A DNA stretch of 64,000 nucleotides from Treponemataceae bacterium (GTDB lineage: Bacteria; Spirochaetota; Spirochaetia; Treponematales; Rectinemataceae), in assembly GCA_963667725.2 (NCBI GenBank), contig CAXXHO010000003.1, positions 1,472,001-1,536,000 on the forward strand, in the 5' to 3' direction. Shown here one piece after another: positions 59,543 through 64,000 of this stretch (positions are counted from its first letter, which is position 1; each line of letters begins with the position of its first letter). A program made the position numbers and the translations under genes. The notes below the pieces were generated by a model, which saw only the letters and a program-made list of their open reading frames with translations, made no database searches and was not told where the DNA came from.

Positions 59543-59797
59543 TCAACTGAGGTTCTAGTCATGTATCGTCACGATCGGCGCATTTCTTGACCGATACGCT
59601 ATAAAATAGCATCGAGCGGCCGATCGAGAATCGTGGAGGGCTATCGGGGAATTTTTTGCTCGGACGGGGAACATTTTTCCGTATGACCGGAAAATTCATA
59701 ATAAAAGCCTAGGTTAAATAAACTGACTAATTTAATAAATATTTTATATTTATATTTATTATATATATTTATAAGTTTTTTATTTTTATTTATTTAT

Positions 59798-59814
59798 TTG
59801 GCACGAATTCTGCT
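59798..59814 (+). promoter_or_regulatory. Sigma-54 (-24/-12) promoter
   Basis: TTGGCACGAATTCTGCT: GG(59800-01)-N10-GC(59812-13) after a ~100-nt nearly pure A/T tract. Confidence 0.85.
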
Positions 59815-59923
59815 TAATAATATGTGTCCATGAAAATGGATACGGCGGGATCCGGAAGCCCAGGCTTTACAGCAAAGCAGGCGCCGGCCCCAACCGAAAA
59901 TATTTCTTTTTAAGGAGCTTACT

Positions 59924-60448
59924 ATGAAAAAAGCACTTATCGCCGTAGCGATTGCTTTCCTCGTCATCGGTGCCGCATCGGCGCAGCCTTTCGCCCAGCA
60001 GAGCCGCCCCTGGTTTGGCCAGCAGGGAATGGGACAGATGAACGTACCCAGTTATGGCCGCGGCTACAATCTTCCCGCACAGAACACCATCGTTCTCGAA
60101 AAAATCACGCTTGAAGGCAACCTCGAACTCGTCGATTCCCGCGTGGCGATCAAGAAAGACAATAAGACCTATTTCGTGATGATCCCCAATCGCCTCTACG
60201 GCTTCGTCGATGGACTCAAGGAAGGCGCTAGCGTGAAGATCGAAGGATCTTCCCACGAGATCGTCGGCGTGAAAGACAGCTTCGCGGTTCGTGCCGAGAC
60301 CCTGACCCTCAACGGCAAGACGATCGACCTCGGCGCGACCGCAGGAACCTTCGGCGGCCGTGGCGCGATGGGCGGCGGAATGATGGGCGGCAGCGCTTGG
60401 GGCGGACAGAGACCGCAGGGTGGCAGAATGGGCTATTGGGGCCGCTGA
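59924..60448 (+). CDS. Exported Gly/Met-rich protein with central beta domain
   Basis: AAGGAG RBS; MKKALIAVAIAFLVIGAASA signal peptide; GGRGAMGGGMMGG tail. Confidence 0.85.
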   Translation: MKKALIAVAIAFLVIGAASAQPFAQQSRPWFGQQGMGQMNVPSYGRGYNLPAQNTIVLEKITLEGNLELVDSRVAIKKDNKTYFVMIPNRLYGFVDGLKEGASVKIEGSSHEIVGVKDSFAVRAETLTLNGKTIDLGATAGTFGGRGAMGGGMMGGSAWGGQRPQGGRMGYWGR

Positions 60449-60476
60449 ACCTGAGCGCCATTCCCAGCTTTGAATG

Positions 60477-60516
60477 AATGAGGCGGCCGCACCGATCGGT
60501 GCGGCCGCCTCATTTT
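60477..60516 (+). terminator. Palindromic terminator
   Basis: 38-bp perfect palindrome AATGAGGCGGCCGCACCGATCGGTGCGGCCGCCTCATT followed by TT. Confidence 0.8.
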
Positions 60517-60548
60517 ATGCATCCCACACAGCAAAAGCGCCATATAAT

Positions 60549-60586
60549 AGAACAGCCGTCCACGATGATTCGTGGACGGCTGTTCT
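60549..60586. terminator. Second stem-loop (likely rpmB terminator)
   Basis: AGAACAGCCGTCCACGA-tgat-TCGTGGACGGCTGTTCT. Confidence 0.7.
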
Positions 60587-60651
60587 TCTTCTAAAAGGTT
60601 ATCCTCAGCGGCAATCGATCAATGTTGAAAAGCTCTTCGCAAGAACGGTTA

Positions 60652-60843
60652 TCAGACGTACTTGACGACTTTGCCGGCCTTGAGACACTTCGCGCAGATT
60701 TTTACTGTCTTGACCGTTCCCTCGACCTTGGTCTTCACCTGGATGAGGTTGGGCAGCCAAGCTCTTCTGGTACGATTCTTCGCGTGGGAAACGTTATTGC
60801 CATACATAGGGCCTTTACCGCAAACTTCGCATACTCTCGACAT
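60652..60843 (-). CDS. rpmB: 50S ribosomal protein L28 (Zn-ribbon form)
   Basis: [32 protein letters not shown]. Confidence 0.97.
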   Translation of the reverse strand: MSRVCEVCGKGPMYGNNVSHAKNRTRRAWLPNLIQVKTKVEGTVKTVKICAKCLKAGKVVKYV

Positions 60844-60931
60844 AGTTGGACTCCAAACGGAATAGTTCAGGTACTTTACCGGAAATGAACAGGAATGTAA
60901 AGCCCCATAGATAGCCGGCCATCGCCACTAT

Positions 60932-62263
60932 TCATTTCATGCCGGACATGTAATTCGCCATGGCCTTCTTGCCTTTCGAGGAGACCATCTTCTTCATCAT
61001 GACGCGCGATTTCTCGAACTTCTTCAGAAGCCGATTGACCTCGGCGACCGAGGTGCCTGAACCTTTCGCTATCCTCGTGCGGCGGGAAGGTCCAATGATG
61101 AGATGATTCCGCCTCTCCTTTTTCGTCATGGAGCGCAGGATGGCTTCTTCGTACTTCATCCCTTCCAGGTCTATCTGGTCTTCGTTCACCTGACCGGCCA
61201 AGCCGGGAATCATGTCGAGCATGGACTTCACCGAACCCATTTTTTTCATTTTCTGCAGTTGGTCGAGGTAGTCCTCGAGCGTGAAGTTTTCTTCCGAGAT
61301 CTTCTTTTCGAGCGCTTCGGCCTCTTTCTGGTCATAGACGGTCTGGGCTTTTTCCACAAGGGAAACCACGTCGCCCATGCCGAGAATACGGCTCGCTATT
61401 CGGTCTGGGTGGAAGGGTTCGAGTCCGTCCATGTGTTCGGAGGTCCCGATGAACTTGATGGCTTTGCCCGTCACCGACTTGAGCGAAAGAGCGGCGCCGC
61501 CTCGCGTATCGGAATCGAACTTGCTCAGGATCACGCCGGTGATGCCGATTTTTTCGTCGAAGGCCTTGGCGATATCCACGGCCGCCTGGCCCGTCATCGC
61601 GTCCGCGACGAGAAGGGACTCTATGGGATGCACGGCATCCCTGACCCTCGCGAGCTCCGCCATCAAGGCATCGTCGATCTGCAGGCGTCCCGCCGTATCG
61701 ATGATCACGGTGTCGAAGGATTCCCGCTTCGCGCGGGCGAGAGCCGCCGCGGCGACCCTGACCGGATCCTTGGTCTCCTCGGCATGAACGGCCACACCTA
61801 CCTGAGCGCCGAGTACCGTAAGCTGCTCCACGGCGGCCGGCCTTACGAGGTCGCAGGCCACGAGGAGGACCTTCCTCCCCTTGCCCTTGAGCCGGTTCGC
61901 GAGCTTAGCCGCTGTCGTCGTCTTGCCGGAGCCCTGAAGTCCGAGAAGAAGTATGACGGACTGCGTGTCCGGTCCCCTGATGTTCAAGTCCTGGTCTTCA
62001 TCGCCCAGGAGGGCAACCATCTTGTCGTGGACGATCTTCACGAACTGCTGGCCGGGGCTGACCGAACGAAGGACTTTTTCGCCCTTTGCTTCCTCCAGCG
62101 TGGAGTTGACGAATCGCCGCACGACGCGGAGGTTTACGTCAGCCTCGAGAAGGGCCATCTTAATCTGGTCTACGGCATCGTCTACGTTTTTTTCGGATAT
62201 GGAAGATTTTCCGCCGATCGTTCGGAACGCATCGACGAATTTTTCAGTAATTTTCTCAAGCAT
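60932..62263 (-). CDS. ffh: Signal recognition particle protein
   Basis: ALLEADV, GLQGSGKTTT, DTAGR, DRIASRILGMGD, Met-rich M domain. Confidence 0.98.
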   Translation of the reverse strand: MLEKITEKFVDAFRTIGGKSSISEKNVDDAVDQIKMALLEADVNLRVVRRFVNSTLEEAKGEKVLRSVSPGQQFVKIVHDKMVALLGDEDQDLNIRGPDTQSVILLLGLQGSGKTTTAAKLANRLKGKGRKVLLVACDLVRPAAVEQLTVLGAQVGVAVHAEETKDPVRVAAAALARAKRESFDTVIIDTAGRLQIDDALMAELARVRDAVHPIESLLVADAMTGQAAVDIAKAFDEKIGITGVILSKFDSDTRGGAALSLKSVTGKAIKFIGTSEHMDGLEPFHPDRIASRILGMGDVVSLVEKAQTVYDQKEAEALEKKISEENFTLEDYLDQLQKMKKMGSVKSMLDMIPGLAGQVNEDQIDLEGMKYEEAILRSMTKKERRNHLIIGPSRRTRIAKGSGTSVAEVNRLLKKFEKSRVMMKKMVSSKGKKAMANYMSGMK

Positions 62264-62402
62264 CGGGAAACCACCATATAACACGGGATTGTCGCGAAAA
62301 ATGTATAGTCAAAAGGTCCCATGGTCAACCGCATCGCGCCGAGGCCTCATCGAGCCCGGCTTGGCCGAGGTTTTGCCGGGCCAAGTCCGGCCTTGCTGAG
62401 AC

Positions 62403-62966
62403 TCAAAGCGTGCCTTTCAGCCCGACATCCTCCGCGGCCATCCTCAATGCCAGAATACAGTCGTTTATGAGTTCGTCCAGCGGAACGCCCAGCATCTCCG
62501 CTCCTTTCTCGATGACATCGCGGCGGATGGCGGCGGCGAAATTCGCGGTTTTCCACTTTTTCTTGACCGACTTCACTTCCATATCCAGTACGCTCCTGGA
62601 TGGCCGCACCACGGCGCAGGCGAAGATAAAACCTGTCAGCTCATCGACGGCATAGAGGACCTTTTCCATCCGGGCTGTCGGTTCCACATCGCTGCAGAGC
62701 CCCCAGCCATGGCTCAGGACGGCATGGATGACATCTTCGCCAAAACCAGCTTTTTCAAGCATAGGGCGCGTATGGGAAAGATGCTCCTCTGGAAACTTCT
62801 GATAATCGATATCGTGCAGGAGCCCCACCACTCCCCAGAAATCCTCATCCTCACCGTATTTCTTGGCGAAATACCGCATGGCGGCTTCCACCGAAAGCGC
62901 GTGGCGATACAGGGAATCCTCGCTGTTATACTGGCGCCAAAGCGAAATCGCCTCGTCTCTGTTCAT
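62403..62966 (-). CDS. HDIG/HD-domain hydrolase
   Basis: HALSVEAAM, GLLHDIDY, SHG, DELTG. Confidence 0.9.
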   Translation of the reverse strand: MNRDEAISLWRQYNSEDSLYRHALSVEAAMRYFAKKYGEDEDFWGVVGLLHDIDYQKFPEEHLSHTRPMLEKAGFGEDVIHAVLSHGWGLCSDVEPTARMEKVLYAVDELTGFIFACAVVRPSRSVLDMEVKSVKKKWKTANFAAAIRRDVIEKGAEMLGVPLDELINDCILALRMAAEDVGLKGTL

Positions 62967-62976
62967 GGTCCGCACC

Positions 62977-64000
62977 TCACTTGAGATTGAAGATTATTTT
63001 CGCGCCCTCGCCCACCGCCGATCCGGGAGCGGGCTGCTGCGACTGTACATAGCCATCGCCGTTGATGACGATCCTGAGGTCCTTCCTTTCAAGGAGCGGC
63101 AGGAGGGAACGTTTGGGAAAACCCGTAAAGTCGGGCATGGTCGATCCGATGGCCGCCAAAGTCTCCACGGGCAGCACCACGGATCCTCCGTGGACGACCG
63201 TGGGCGATTTGCCGCGCTCTATGTCGATGCAGGACAGGACAGCCTCGGCGGCGTCCCTGAGAACCGGCGCCGCGATCTGCCCGCCCAGGTAGGAAGCCCC
63301 CCGCGGCTTTATTATGGCGATATAGAGAACGACGCGGGGATTGTCCGCCGGGAAAATGCCCATCGTGCTCGCTATGTAATCCTTTTCGGAATATGCCCTC
63401 GTCTTGGGATCTATCATCTGGGCTGTGCCGGTCTTGACCGCCATCCTGATATCGGAGACTTTGGCGCGCCAGCCCGTGCCCTGCATGCTCGCCGTCGTCT
63501 CCATGGCGTCGAGGATTGCCTTGGATGTTTCCTCCGAAACGACGCGGCGGACAATCTGCGCCTCGTGGGTGAACACCTCTTCCCCATCGGCCGTCTCGAT
63601 GCGCGAAACCGTCGTCGGCTTGAGAAGAAATCCGCCGTTCGCGATGGCCGCGCCGGCCGTGACCATCTGCAGCGCCGTCACCATCACTTCCTGCCCGATC
63701 GCTATGGTGGGTTTGGAACGGCCCGACCATTTCTCCGGTTCGCGCAGGGAACCAGCGCTTTCGCCTGAAAGGCCTATCCCCGTCTTCATGCCAAAGCCGA
63801 AGGTCTTCAGCCGCTCGTAAAGATCGTTTTCAGAGACACGGTCCGATGCGTAACCAACGCCCGCGTTGCTGGAATGAGCCAGAACGCCTGCATAATTCTG
63901 TTTGCCGTAGACGCCCAGGTCCTTGATCACGATTTTCTCGCCGCTTGGGAGCGTCCTGCGGTAGGCTCCATCGCAATCGAAAATAGTCTTGGTCGTGATA
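62977..64000 (-). CDS. Class B penicillin-binding protein (FtsI-like), 5' end outside window
   Basis: SSN, IGQE, KTGTAQ motifs; C-terminal PASTA-like segment. Confidence 0.9.
   Translation of the reverse strand, partial: ITTKTIFDCDGAYRRTLPSGEKIVIKDLGVYGKQNYAGVLAHSSNAGVGYASDRVSENDLYERLKTFGFGMKTGIGLSGESAGSLREPEKWSGRSKPTIAIGQEVMVTALQMVTAGAAIANGGFLLKPTTVSRIETADGEEVFTHEAQIVRRVVSEETSKAILDAMETTASMQGTGWRAKVSDIRMAVKTGTAQMIDPKTRAYSEKDYIASTMGIFPADNPRVVLYIAIIKPRGASYLGGQIAAPVLRDAAEAVLSCIDIERGKSPTVVHGGSVVLPVETLAAIGSTMPDFTGFPKRSLLPLLERKDLRIVINGDGYVQSQQPAPGSAVGEGAKIIFNLK

Noticed and set aside
59821..59920. Riboswitch (c-di-GMP-like) in the 5' UTR
   Set aside because: Only a GAAA-capped hairpin; the other conserved elements were not recognisable.
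62264..62402. SRP RNA next to ffh
   Set aside because: No conserved SRP domain IV (CAGG..GGAA..AGCAG) motif found.

Overview
A GC-rich anaerobic bacterial chromosome segment, most likely a free-living spirochaete (Treponematales-like). That assignment is inferred from the murB/cysS/ECF-sigma/anti-sigma block and a giant SPNGDG-repeat OmpA protein. About 55 genes are present; I saw no rRNA, tRNA, CRISPR array or mobile element. Highlights: (1) A tightly coupled 12-gene operon (4423-15340, minus) places a canonical DapA inside a five-polypeptide proline/opine-dehydrogenase-type flavin/Fe-S complex. It also encodes a TAXI-TRAP importer, a two-Cys racemase, its own regulator, Asd and an ACT-degenerate DapG-like aspartokinase, but no DapB. 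This is the best candidate for an undescribed pathway. (2) A his operon has an unannotated His-rich leader-peptide attenuator, a HisH-HisF fusion, and a HisA-HisI-HisE fusion resembling fungal His4. (3) Sigma-54 promoters precede amtB-glnK and an exported Gly/Met-rich protein. (4) A 2243-aa protein joins a predicted barrel, 16 Ig-like repeats and an OmpA domain. (5) A TrmH-family gene is frameshifted at a G6 run. (6) Several genes look leaderless. All family calls come from motifs recognised by eye; no searches were run.
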